Notes: generated by a model not told the origin, from the sequence alone. Positions 26,433-38,649 are shown, counted from the whole stretch's first letter. The stretch is 56,902 bases of DNA, filler included, from Catajapyx aquilonaris (GCA_000934665.2; 4 parts of 4 records of this genome joined end to end with filler, not necessarily neighbours in it), one strand, 5' to 3'. Numbers and translations are program-made.

Positions 26433-27020
26433 GTTGTTGTTGTTAACATATACTGGGCATTTCCACGCAAACACAGACATGCTGTCCGTTCGTAACGCAG
26501 GTTTTGCCGACATGTACCATCATATTTTATTGTAACAATACACACACATTGCATGAAATGGATTAAGCATGCAGTGCATGCATTCTGGCATTGTTATAAT
26601 AAAATACACTTGTGCACGTAGGCAAAACGTGTGTTACGAACGGACGGATGCATCATGGAAATGCCCACTTGCAATAAGATTTGTTACATCAAAAATATCA
26701 TTTCACTTTGAGTGAAAATGATGTGAGAGGTGATTAAAATGTGATATTTTTGTGATTAAATTTTTTTTGTAAGAGTTAATAAAAATTAATATTGTAGTAA
26801 TGTTGGCTGTGACAAAATAATCACTATGGAAAAAATTATAATGCCAAACTCACCCACAGAAAGCAAGAGAAGGAAAACTCGGAACTGGGAGGATGATGAC
26901 TTCTACGACAGCGATGAGGATACCTTCCTGGACAGGACAGGGACTATCGAAAAGAAGCGTAAGCAGCGGATGATGGCTGCAAGGAAGGGACCAGAAGGAC
27001 CTGAGACATATGAGTCCCTG
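19438..27020 (+). CDS. SLC4A1AP: Kanadaptin (SLC4A1 adaptor protein), 5' part: exons 19438-19500, 19648-20029, 22801-23317, 24769-24911, 26860-27020; 3' exons not present in this contig
   Basis: FHA domain ([62 protein letters not shown]), [22 protein letters not shown], dsRBD-like [18 protein letters not shown] and [21 protein letters not shown] introns with matching phases (0,1,2,1); the last exon ends at a GTGAGT donor. Confidence 0.94.
21123..21292. mobile_element. Palindromic MITE
   Basis: GCATATTCCCAAGATGGGGTTACCAGCGGTGACCAGGAACAATCCACCTGGCCAT and its reverse complement. Confidence 0.75.
21303..21859. mobile_element. pogo/Tigger-like MITE
   Basis: AGTTGAATCAGGATATAACAG ... CTGTTATATCTGGATTCAACTG|TA; a related right end lies near 29450-29509. 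Confidence 0.7.
24128..24250 (+). pseudogene. Decayed mariner transposase N-terminal HTH fragment
   Basis: [30 protein letters not shown] resembles the mariner F-L-x-x-E-G-x-x-P-x-E-I-x-x-x-M-x-x-V-Y-G pattern. Confidence 0.5.
26014..26432 (+). mobile_element. tRNA-derived SINE family A, copy 3, with expanded (TTA)n tail
   Basis: GGGGGAGACGGAGTGGTGCTGCGGTAACG... matches copies 1 and 2; tail microsatellite at about 26353-26432. Confidence 0.85.
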
Positions 27021-27125
27021 GTGAGTTAATAAAAAGCAAAATCTAACAACTGCCTTATTTACTGCAGTATCTGACTGCTACAATGATTAGCTCCAAAACA
27101 TCATCAATATCACATTTCTTTTTAA

Positions 27126-27766
27126 CCCTCAGACGGTGTCGTGGGCACTTTTTGTGACCAAGGCCAATAGTTTTGCTATAACATTGAAAATATAGCACCT
27201 ATGAGCTTCACATTTGAGGACATGTTTGTTTGATTCCTTCTGCGATTAATGGTATTTAATTTAAATTTTTTTAGCAAATAGCACGACCAGGAAAAAATTA
27301 ATTATGCACCGATGTGTATAGTTGTGGCCAAGAGGGCCATGACTGCAATCTAAGAATGACTCACAGCTGGCTTACTGAGGGGAACCTGAGCTTGTCCGTA
27401 GTGATTCACGAACACGTGGAAAACCCAAGTTATTGTAAAATGTTGCCAGCCTTCCCTTAACTTCAGAAATTAGGGGAACAACCCCCTAAAGTCTCGAACT
27501 GATAGTGGGCTCTCAAAAGGAAACCGGTCCGGCATCGGTGCCATGGGCACAATTTTTCCTCAACTACGCATTGGTGCACAATTAATTTTTTTATGACTGT
27601 TCTATTTGCTCAAAAAATGCAAACTAAATGCCCTTTATGGCAGAAGGAATCATGCCATATATTGTCTCAAATATAAAGCCCAAATGTGCTATATATCCCA
27701 TGTCATAACTGAAAATGTCACGTGGTCACGTGGAGGAAGAACTTTTCGTACGTCACCATCGTAGGG
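27126..27766. mobile_element. piggyBac-like non-autonomous element
   Basis: TTAA|CCCTCAGACGGTG ... CACCATCGTAGGG|TTAA, with long degenerate internal inverted arms. Confidence 0.7.
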
Positions 27767-28382
27767 TTAAAAGAGATACTCTTGAGATAGTCAGTGATGG
27801 AGGAGATGCAAGTTAGTTAACAACAAGCATAAAAACATGTCTTACATAAATGGATGGTGTGCATTGCAATACAGTATAAACATGTTACCAACTGACAAAA
27901 AAAAAACTGCTTAGCAAACACAATATAAACACAATGTTAATCTATCATTGCATTGGGAGGGGGGAAGTTCTCCTAGGAAACAGAGGGGCCCTTATTTGAT
28001 TGTCTCTCAAAACATGAGTTACATCCTGGCAATTGTGCGTCAAGTATTTTCAGTGCCTTAAAATGGGAGGGGTAAATAGGGACAAAAAGTTACAAAAATG
28101 TTTATATTATTGGCATTTTAAAAATCTGAAAGATATCAAAGTAGGGCTTTTGTAGGAGTGAAGAAGTCCTTTCTCAATGAATTTCCATAGAGTGATTGTT
28201 TTAAAAATTGTGTAGATTGGCATGAAGGGAATCAGCTGTTATTTTGGCATAATTTTTTATAAACAACTAAGGTGAAGAGGGGGAAGTGCACACACGGGGT
28301 AAGTGCATATATTGTGCCGCCATATTGGAATGAAAATGGCTGACGACACCAAAACGCATCAGCTATGTAGCTGCACTGTGCA

Positions 28383-28482
28383 NNNNNNNNNNNNNNNNNN
28401 NNNNNNNNNNNNNNNNNNNNNNNNNNTTAATTAATTAANNNNNNNNNNNNNNNNNNNNNNNNNNNNNNNNNNNNNNNNNNNN
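28383..28482. other. Artificial contig linker
   Basis: N44-TTAATTAATTAA-N44. Confidence 0.97.
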
Positions 28483-28590
28483 GATCAGCGCGAGGCCGGG
28501 GGCGAAGGAACCTCCACTGGGGGACCACCAACCCACTCGGTTCAAGATAGTGTGACCCTCATGCTTGGAAATGAGAATCCCAAGAACTAG
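28483..28590 (+). CDS. 3' end of a paralog of the unknown ORF at 38269-38649 (truncated by contig start)
   Basis: Translates DQREAGGEGTSTGGPPTHSVQDSVTLMLGNENPKN*, aligning with ...QGAGEGTSTGGPTDPLGSNVTHIYGNEDRNNRD* including the TAG position. Confidence 0.45.
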   Translation, partial: DQREAGGEGTSTGGPPTHSVQDSVTLMLGNENPKN

Positions 28591-29218
28591 CCACCTCGGA
28601 TGCAAGCTGAGGATCTCGTCAACGATCAATGATATCCTCACACTTCTGTTCAAAGAGCCCCAGATCCTGCTGTACCTTAAAAAGGTTTAATTCGTGTTTA
28701 TAGTTATAGATCTGACATCAAAATGTTCTCATTATCGTGTGAGTTCTTACAATCATTAATTGGATAATAGTAAACATATTGATGTGATGTATACTGTTTT
28801 ACTGTAAGGCATAATCGCAAATACCAGCACATGCGTGGCAAAATTATCGTCCGTGTGTAATCTTGCCCCATCTTTCTTTCACAGCATCCAATTGAGTGCC
28901 AGTATGAATTGACATCATTATTTTCATAACTAAATATGTCTGCCATTGTTGTCTATTAGAACAAAAGTACAAGCTTAACCTCGTCGTGTCGCTGCTTTAA
29001 CTTTCCTTTCGATCGAGGTTTGTCAACTGGACTTAGGACTATTATTTTGTTGGGAGGAGACGATGTTCTCACAGTCGGTTTTGATAATTAATCCGAAAAT
29101 TATCACTGCCATAATATCAAAGAGGCCTGAAAATTTTGGTCAATTTACGGTCCACTAGTGGGCTGCTGTCCTCCCTTTGAGCACTGTCACTGCATACCGG
29201 TTTAGCATGACATCCAAA
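28483..29218 (+). repeat. Inverted duplicate of 37642-38372
   Basis: Long shared blocks, e.g. AAATTATCGTCCGTGTGTAATCTTGCCCCATCTTTCTTTCACAGCATCCAATTGAGTGCCAGTATGA, appear as reverse complement at about 37940-38010. Confidence 0.9.
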
Positions 29219-29749
29219 AGGTACAGGTACACAAAGTTTTTAAAAGGGCGTAAGTGAAAATTGCGTGTTTTCGGCGTATATGTCGGGCTGTGGTGGTCGT
29301 TCTGGTGTCGTTTACTAGGTTTTCAGGGTCGAGGAACTCCATTATGACAATTACAAAACCTTCAGAACGCAGATGTCAACTTTCGAAAGCAGAAAACTTG
29401 TGTACCGGTATTCGTTGCAAAAATGGCGATTTGGCCATTAAAGACCGTCGGTTATATCAGACAGATTTTCTCGTTCCCTTGAAGTCTATTATATCCGGAT
29501 CCAACTGTAATACTGTAGGTTTAAAATAGCCCTCACAAATCGCAGTATCACAGGGTATGCTCACAATTTTTCGATTCGCCGTCGTAAAAGAATGTATCAT
29601 TTTAATTTGGGCCGTCTGACTCCGTACAGTAGTAAACAGTGTCGTCTCATTTGTTTAAATATTTTTTGCTCTCAAATTAATGTAATTATTTATCGCTTTG
29701 TCCTCCCAATACATAATAACAAATTGAAAAGAAAATAGCTACATGAACG

Positions 29750-30960
29750 AATCACACCATAATAGTCTTGTGTGCATTTTTATACAAAAAATATTCAACC
29801 ATAGTTTTCAGGTCAGCCTTTTTTCGGCTGCAATTCGGCTGCCGGTGCATTCCAACTCTGGCAATGGCATGGAACGTACTACGTCTTGTGTAGTCTTGAA
29901 TTTCTTCAGTATTTTGACTTCTTTCCATGACTCGATGTCGTTGAGTGTTTCCCTCATCTTCAGTACTCCAAGATTGTCTGCACTAATTTGTACCCATGGA
30001 GCCATTGAGATGTTCATCTTTGACGTGTTGATGACTGAATCAGATGCTTTATGGGCATCGAAAAAATCCTCTTCCTTCATCGGGACAACTTGGAAGGGTT
30101 TCTTCTTATTATCATCTCATGCAGATCTTCAGGAACAATACTTGGGGACCACTCGATGCCTCTTCTCAATATTAGGCCGAAGTCACGATTACGGGACATA
30201 AAGGAATGACCTGCTCAGAAACTTATGATCAACCTGCTGGGAGATCCTTTCTGCCCTTCTGGACAAGATATGCAACAATGCAAAAATTATCATGCGATTC
30301 TTATTCTTGCCGGCGAAATATTATTATATCGCTTCATATTATTAGTTTCTTCTTTAGGGTGAAACGTAGATCTTCAAGGACCTTTGGAGATGAAATGCCT
30401 TGCCAATATATTAGACCTACATAAAAATGATGAAATGTTTCTTTGCACCACATGCTATACCTTCAACACGCAGGAGGCCATTTCGTTCCCACCTCGACCT
30501 GTGATGCCCTCATGCCACACACATATTATAGTCATGTATATACAGTACTACTCCCCTGCATCGGCTATGTGTATGCAGAAGTTGCAATTGGACAGTAGTT
30601 GACGGAGCTACAACATCTTGGAGTGGGTGAGCGTTGGGGTGAACAGGACTTGTTGCAAATCCATGGATGCTTTGCCATTGTGCAAGTGTCACTGGTAGGC
30701 ATTTGCAATGCTGCATGGTCCTCTTGCATTTTTTGTAACCCTGCCTCGGCCTTGCGATGATGGAGAGTTAGTTCTCTCTTCAGCTGGTTTTGTCGCCATC
30801 ATTGCTTCTGATCTAAGCATCTAGGCTCTAGAGTTCCAGACGATCGCATGTGGAGCATATGTCTGGGCTTCCCAAAGGACACGTTTGGAAACTTTTTGTG
30901 GAATACCACTGCAGAAGTATGTAATCCGTTTATCTGGCTTAGCTTCTTTAATGAGACATA
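29750..30960 (-). pseudogene. Decayed DNA transposase, probably Sola1-type
   Basis: Across frameshifts the minus strand gives FGKP..ICSTCD, MDLQQVLFTPTLTHS, VWHEGITGRGGNEMASCVLK, AGKNKNRMI (degenerate DNCxGQNKN), VDHKFL..GHSFMSRNRDFGL and KPFQVVPMKEEDFFD in the expected order. Confidence 0.75.
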
Positions 30961-30985
30961 CAGCTGGTTAGTAATATTTAAGTCA

Positions 30986-31299
30986 GGAACCGAAGCAGTA
31001 GTGGTGTAGTGGTATGGTGTCCGACTGCTAATCGGGTGGTCCTGGGTTCGAATCCCGGAGGCCGGCGACCCTGATCATGGTTTTCTGTGGTTTCCCATGG
31101 TCATCGCAGGATAATTCCGGGGTCGTTACCGTAATTATAGGCCACAGCCGCTTCCTTCCTTACCTATTCTTGCCTCAATTCCGATGAAAAAGTATAGTAA
31201 AGATGGAAATAGTTCCAGACAAAAAAAAATTGGGGGAAATCCCCCCCCCCTAATAAAGCCGAAAGGGCTGATAATGGGGTATCAATTATTATTATTATT
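30986..31299 (+). mobile_element. tRNA-derived SINE family B, copy 2
   Basis: GGAACCGAAGCAG...GACTGCTAATCGGG...GGTTCGAATCCC, the same core as 12543-12830, and an (ATT)n tail. Confidence 0.85.
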
Positions 31300-31326
31300 G
31301 TATATGGACGACCCCTAACTGTATAC

Positions 31327-31711
31327 AGTCCATATACCACGTGACCGTTTTGGGGGGAGGGGGGGGTCTGCTGATANGGGGCGGTGTCGGCGAAAATTCA
31401 CGTGGTATCTCTGAACACAGTGAATTGGCACATATGGGAGCTTTTGCAGATGCACATGGGTTCCAAATAACCTAAAATTCGAAATCAGCGACCCCGAAAA
31501 CATGGCAGAGACATGTTTTTTACGTGCTTAAACAGCTTAGTTGAAGAGCTATCAATTTCGATCGCGTTTTTTCTGATAACATTGACATTTCAAAAAAACC
31601 ACGTGAAAAAGGGGGGAGGGGGGGTTCCAATGGATACCACGGTCGGTCACTGGGGGGAGGGGGGGGGTCAAAAGTGGCCAAAAATCGGTCACGTGGTTTA
31701 TGGACGACCCC
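31327..31711. mobile_element. PIF/Harbinger-like MITE
   Basis: GTCCATATACCACGTGACCG ... CGGTCACGTGGTTTATGGACGACCCCT followed by AA; an extra ATGGACGACCCCTAA end sits at about 31305. Confidence 0.6.
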
Positions 31712-31997
31712 TAATTGTTCATTTAAGCTTACACAATGTTACGGTTGACAAGAGGTTTATGAGAGTGAAATATTAACATTTGCTTACTTCTTAATTTGGG
31801 GTTCGGGCATTGTAGATTTGGTGTCCCTGACATAAGGTATATTTTGGCACATCCTATAACAGGTAATTAAGGATGATGCCAAATTATATTGACTGCGGGA
31901 CATGTACAGTATAGATTATATGACACGAATCTAGATTAGCGTTGGAGTTGCAAATAAAGCACTTACCATATACCTATTATAGTAGGTAGGCTATATA

Positions 31998-32147
31998 CCA
32001 AGGGGGTAATCACTTCGGTACTCCGGTGTACACCTGGGAGTGGTACTCCCTGGTACTCCTCAGGCACCTCACTCTTTATTAGTCCTTGGTACTCCTTGAA
32101 TTTGGTACTCCAGTGTACACTTTTCAGTCGAGTGATTACCCCCTTGG
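31998..32147. mobile_element. Mariner-type MITE with internal GGTACTCC repeats
   Basis: TA|CCAAGGGGGTAATCACT ... AGTGATTACCCCCTTGG; a related partial copy lies at about 43373-43473. Confidence 0.7.
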
Positions 32148-35100
32148 TCTATACTATTACTATAGTAATATAGTGAGTAATAAATTATCAATAATTTTTG
32201 AGTTTGTGGCACATACCACAATGTAACAATTTAGAGTTTTTCGAATTCCTGCAATCATTATAATATTAATGATAGGAAGTTGGCATGTCATGTATAGATA
32301 TAGGAGGAGGCCTGCCCCAGTAAGATTGAAAGCGGTCCTCTGTTTGTTAGTAGATCGCAATAATGTCAGTAATCTTTCTAACCACCACGCAAATTTCAGT
32401 TGAAAAAACTGGATATTATACTTGTATGAATACCACTACCTGCATGTGCCGCAGGTTGACACTCACAGGAATACAATAGGGCCTATATCCCAAAGTGCAT
32501 CCTCAATAACTGAAACTGTCCGACTTCAACAGTACACATACGTACGTATAAACTCGCCTCGCAGTTTAGGGCTCAGAAGTAGCCAATTGCGAGCCGTGTT
32601 TATAAGTTAGAATTAGCCAGGCGCCAAGGGCGGAATGTCTCTAATATTTGACAGATAGTACGTGCCCGTCATGTTAACTCGTGTACTACACATCTAGGCA
32701 AACATGTCTTGTTACACTAACGTTCTTGAGGCCTAATTAACCGAGGCAAACACTCCGAAAACGTGAAAACTTGATGAAAACAGTAGCCTACCTTCGGCGC
32801 CTGACCCATTGTTTTCCTACTGCCAGACTATAATATTGATGCGAACGCACCCCTATTTGACTCCAAGGGGTGGGGGGGGGGGGTGACATAAGAGTGCACA
32901 AATGCATCGCCCCCCTCACCCCTTCCGCACTTCCCACCGCTCTCCTCAACGGACCACCCGATTTGGAGCAGCGCCCATGGGAGACCTGGTGGGCCAAACA
33001 TTATTTGTTTGCAAACTCCTTCCCCGAGAGGCATGACCAAACCAAGAGGAGAGACAACTACGGGATGAGTTAGCTGCAAGTTTGCTTGCATGCCCACCCC
33101 TCCAGAGAGAAAGGGGAAGGTGATGTGGGAGGAGGTAGTGGGGAAGAAGGGCGTGGAGCTGGAAGTTGTCGTTTGGGAATTGAATCTCTCCATCTTTGTG
33201 AGAAACAGGCGTGTCGTTTTGGGTGGAGCATTGTCCGAAAAGTAGTTGACACTTTCTCGATACGGACTGGTCCACCCCTCTTCCCTCCCTTCTACCGAAT
33301 GACAGTGAATACGTGGAGAGCAAGTCTGACCCCGAGTGCTGCTAGGAAATGAGCTGGACCCATCTCACGGCTCGTGTGAAACTTGACAGCTGCCCTTGCC
33401 GACCCTCCTTGTATTCCTCCACTCCGACCCTCCGCTGTTTTCTTCTTTGTCATCGACAGACAGCAAACCACTTCAAATCCAAGACGCGCCCGTAATCACT
33501 CAGAAAATCTGTGCGTGACCCTTCAAGACATAGTCTACAATGCGGTTCAAATAAAGCAGTCCAAGTCCTCTCTTCATCAAACAAGACAAGCTGTATAGTG
33601 GGGGGTGTCGGCTATTAAAACCTGCTGACCAGGCTCAGTATCATGGCGAATACTGTGCATAGTAGTGAAACTAGAAGAGGCAAGTCGATTCGAGATAACA
33701 ACACTGGCTTCTCAGTATGAGCTGGCTATCTGTTCAGCATCGAGCCTGTTGATCACCTTTTCAAATAGGCCAATAGCGATTACATGGAGCTATTTATAGC
33801 TGGCTCGCACCTGAATCCCACCGGAAAAGTAATCCTGACATTGTCGCCGGCTGCGCTTAACATTGCCATAATGCCACTGACAAAAGCTCAGCCAACAAAG
33901 GCCTGGGGGGTCTACATGGGCTGCGTCTGACAATAGGCGACCTGAGGCTCTGTATAGTCCAGCCCATGATTGCGAAGATATGGATTTTGCATGATTTTCC
34001 ATGTACCCAATCACGTCCGCTTAATTTTCAACGGTGATTTGGTTATTTATGACGACACTCTGTGTCGCGAAGTACTTGGCCTAAATGCTGAGGGGCATCA
34101 AATGTTCCCAGGCTTGAATTCATGTGGAAGTCGTAAAACTACTACCCGCATCTTAGAGGTAACTAGCTGCATCTTACGACATAGTATTGGTGTAGACGCG
34201 GGTCGTAAACTTCCACAGGCCTCCCAGGACCCATCCTAGAAACAAACCCGCAGAAGTGACGAGCTTCTAATTCAGGTGTTACAGTATCTTTTCAAATATT
34301 TTTGCCTTACAAGCACTAAAATATCAACTCGGGCAAATCGACTTGAATAGTATGAAATAAAAAAATATATTTTTCAGTGTGGATGCGGAATCATACATTA
34401 TATTCCCACGCACGCAGCCAGATATGGAAATTAACTTCTGCAGTGTTCTAGAGGCGCAGGTGTGAGTCAAGGCGCTAGCGGGCATACCACGATAACCGCA
34501 TTTCTGGCCCTACTTGACCTACCCTACGTCATCCGAGAGTACCTAACGGTTGCATCACACAAGAGGATCGCCTTCACCACGTGGCAGGGCTTCTGTTTCC
34601 TTCCAAGCCGCCCCTCTAGAGGGAATCATCATTCGCCAAATCCCAACTGCCAGGGTTGGAACTACAGCCTCCTCCTTTGTTATCTCCTATGAACTTCATT
34701 ATATCGTATACAGTGTCTGAAACTACATCTGCATGAAAAGAATAAGGCGCCTTTTTTCCCTTGAATTGACGATATTTGTTGCATGCGGTCCTTCTCACAG
34801 TAATAGAAATTTCGTATAGGAAAATCGTGCCAATTCCCAACCTCAATCGCGCGCGACTTTCCACTCGGCCTATAATCAATTCATACCCGCCTGACCAACT
34901 GAAATCGGGTGCACTGTACATGAACGACGTACCACCATCCATAATGAATATCCGCTTCAAGAATTCTATTTGCATTCCACGCTAGGTTTCGCCAGTTGTG
35001 TCTCGCTAACTTCAAGAATATGCCTCAAGTGGACCACCCCTCACACAATATATTCCTAAACTGGGTGGCTTCACCTTTTTTTTATCCAGAGCATTTGGGC

Positions 35101-37088
35101 AGCGACTACATTCACATGCTCAACCGCATCGAATTCCTGGCGATGCAATATGCATGAGACAAGCCCCACGTATGGTGTCGAGTGGCTCGATACGATCACA
35201 TGGGCCCACATTTCCAATGACTTTTATATTGGCCAGCCACGAAAAATCAATGCCTACAGCCATCGTTTGGAGAAACGTTAGGAGGTCCTGCGAAGTTGGG
35301 GAATAAAATGCACCCAACTCCCCCCCTAATTTACAGTCGAATCACAACCAGACACACAGTTGGTTACAGTTGCCACACCAACCATCGGATAAAAAGGAAG
35401 GGATGGCGGGGTGTGGGAGGTTCAGGAAGCTGGGGGTTGGTAGTGGAGATAAGAATGGTGCTTTCATTTTTGGGGGGCCATATGTGATGACACACATGTG
35501 GTGCAGGAGAGTTCAGAATGTGGGCTATAAACTATTGTCACAATCATCACGTGTCAGTTGTTATCTTGTTAATGAGTACTTCTTTTTCATAATCAGGCTC
35601 AGTTGCAATTTGCAACTGATAAGTTAGTTATTTGTTACGACATTTTCGAGGGGGGAATCAGTATACAATTTGCATAATAAGGAGTACTGTTGCATCTTGA
35701 TTTTTGCAATGCGACACAGCTTTTTCTGGCGACTCAAGGTACAGGAGAAAGGGAGTGAGCTGGCTTTCAAGGCATACTTTACATTTAGAGCGCATAATTT
35801 TGTGTCCCGACCAAGAATACGAGTTTGAGAATTTTGCCGTGTGAAATGCTGACTTGACACTATGCAAGTCCTGAGCAAAACTTTTAGTGTATTTTCAAAA
35901 TTAAACAACTTCAGGCTTCAAGGTAAAACACTGTGCGCTCTTGTTTTTCTTTCAGTGCTTTATACATAAGGTTTAGTAAGCAATTAGCAAGTAAAAAATT
36001 GCACATCATCTATATCCTTGCCATACTTTTTTTAAATCAAAATCATACGTATAACGTACAGTACATGACTGTACTCTTGCTTAAGATTATACCCTGGGAC
36101 ATGTCCATTCTCAGCGATATATTGCACATATCCTAACTGAACTGGTGACCGTGATGATTTTTGAGATTCCGATTATTATTGTTCACTAAAACAGATATTA
36201 CAGGAAATACTGTAAATAATTTTGCAACACTGGTTACACAGCAGGTTCACATGGGGAAATATCATGAGAGGATATGATTTTGGGCAGAGTAATAATATAG
36301 GCCTATTATCAGTAGTCCCAGTTTTAATGAATAATAAGCAATTCAATAAATCAGTTGCTATACCATTGCATTGCTTCAAATGTTACAATACACATTATTA
36401 CCCGGAAGTGACCTTGGGCCTCCCGTCGTGATTTTAATGTGAAAAAATATAAAATTTAGTATTTCGAATGCGCATTCTTGAAAAACCCCGGCAATCGATA
36501 GAATAAAAGAAAATTGAACTCTTATCTCACATTATTGCGCCCAGTTTTCACTAATACTAGTATTGTGGCTGTGGGAGGAAAGAAAGTGCCTGGAAGAAAT
36601 TTTCTAACAGGGAAGATATCTTCTAACAGGCAACATATAGGAAAATTCATGCTATTTGGGCCCTGCACCTTAAATAAATTAGGTGTACAATGACTTGTGT
36701 TCCTTACTATTACGCAGATAATATTAAGGAGTTATATTGAGCAATTATTTTATTAGCTACTGAATTAATAATATGTCGAATGGGAGCATGACTTTCAACT
36801 AATTCATGAGGGTAGAGCCAGCAGAAAATGGGGCGAATGGGAAGAACATTGCTTATTTTATTGAATATATTGTGGATGCCTGCTCTCAGCCACACGACAT
36901 TGTGCTATACGGGTAATCAGTCACACCGAGGGCCTGTAAGTTGTCCCTATCCACCACAGAATGATAATGGCGTCACAAGTCTTGAATATAGCTACTGCAT
37001 TGCTAGCTTCATTCTTGATACAGTATTGTTGAACGTCATCTTTCCATTGTGACATTTTTACCATATATTGTGCAATTCATTGTGACGT

Positions 37089-37531
37089 CAGGGAGCATAT
37101 ACTACATAAGAGGCGCAAACTTCTGTCGGCGCCTTTGATGTTCGCATCTCTCTGTTTAGGGCGTTGCCAAGGCTGGCGGCCATTTTGAAGTGTGTGAAAC
37201 GCCAACGAAGTATAAATAGGGTACAGGAAAAAATAGGGTCCGCCATCTTTGATGGTTTTGGCGGCCATGGCAACTACACAGCAAGAACACGCGCGAATTT
37301 GAATTCGATATTGGAAAGTGGGTAAGTCAATTGTTATTGCCGTGTATTGCCATGGCAGCCAAAACCATCAAAGATGGCGGACCCCCGCGGACCTTTACGG
37401 CCTGCCTGTACTCTATTTATACCTCGTTGGCGTTCCACACACTTCAAAATGGCCGCCAGCCTTGGCAACGCCCGCAACAGAGAGACGTAAAAATCGAATG
37501 TTTGCACCTCTTATGTAGTATATGCTCCCTG
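37089..37531. mobile_element. Foldback MITE with 7-bp target-site duplication (P-superfamily-like)
   Basis: GTGACGT|CAGGGAGCATATACTACATAAGAGG ... CCTCTTATGTAGTATATGCTCCCTG|GTGACGT; arms are about 190 bp. Confidence 0.85.
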
Positions 37532-38268
37532 GTGACGTTGCCATTGCACCTTTCCGAAATAATAAAAATCTTCATATAGGTACTGTAATATCTTAATATT
37601 ATTATAATTGAACCATAGTAGAGGGATGCACCATGGAATCCTTGGATGTCATGCTAAACCGGTACGCAGCGACAGTAAATGTTCTCAAAATGAGGACAGC
37701 ATCCCACTAGTGGACCGTAAATGGACCAAAACTTTCAGGCCTATTTGATATTATGGCAGTGATAATTTTCTGATTATGATTAATTATGAAAACCGACTGC
37801 GAGAACATCTTCCCCTCCCAACAAAATAATAGTCCTAAGTCCAGTTGACAAACATCGATCGAAAGAAAAGTTAAGGCAGCGACACGACGTGCTCTAATAG
37901 ACAACAACAGAATATTTCAGATGAAAATAATGATGTCAACTCATACTGGCACTCAATTGGATGCTGTGAAAGAAAGATGGGGCAAGATTACACACGGACG
38001 ATAATTTTGCCACGCATGTGATATTTGCGATTATGCCTTACAGTAAAACAGTATACATCACATCAATATGTTTATTACTACTCAATGATTGTACGAAACC
38101 ACATCACATGATTACGAGAACATTTCCAGTGATCTCAGATCTAACAAAAAACGAAAACCCTTTTTAAGGTGCGGGATCTGGGATCTGGGGCTCTTTAAAC
38201 CGGGGTGTCAGGTTAATATTATTGATGATTGACGAGATCACTACTTCACCAGCTCGGATCGGAGGTGG

Positions 38269-38649
38269 CTAGTCGCGGTTATTGCGATCCTCATTCCCAT
38301 AGATGTGGGTCACATTTGAACCGAGTGGGTCGGTTGGTCCGCCAGTGGAGGTTCCCTCGCCCGCGCCTTGAAGCTGCTCGATCTCCATCATATCTTCCAA
38401 CAATTTATACGCTAAGGCGTTGGTATGTGGGTTTCGCTTCGGAAACGCCCAAGCGTTACCTGAAGTAGAAGCCTCATCCTGCATCTTCTGATATTGTTCC
38501 AGGAGTATGTCTTTAGGAGACTTGGAAGGCAACGTCAACTTATTAATGCCTTCGGTCAAAGCCTGTATGTCATCCATACAGGAAACTCTTGGACCAGGGA
38601 TCCTTTCCCCTCCTCCTCCCATAGACGGAAGAGGATCCACGTTGTCCAT
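38269..38649 (-). CDS. Unknown small protein (~126 aa from MDNVDPLP...)
   Basis: Open GC-richer frame in AT-rich surroundings, acceptor-like CTCTCAG about 55 nt upstream of the ATG, and a diverged paralog at 28483 sharing the stop codon. No recognisable family. Confidence 0.5.
   Translation of the reverse strand: MDNVDPLPSMGGGGERIPGPRVSCMDDIQALTEGINKLTLPSKSPKDILLEQYQKMQDEASTSGNAWAFPKRNPHTNALAYKLLEDMMEIEQLQGAGEGTSTGGPTDPLGSNVTHIYGNEDRNNRD

Noticed and set aside
26287..26554. Poly-Leu, poly-Ile and poly-Asn ORFs
   Set aside because: These are translations of the (TTA)n SINE tail.
30986..31070. Functional tRNA-Ser(GCT) gene (also at about 12750-12830)
   Set aside because: It lacks the long variable arm and a proper acceptor stem, and continues into a SINE core and tail; the other copy has a target-site duplication.
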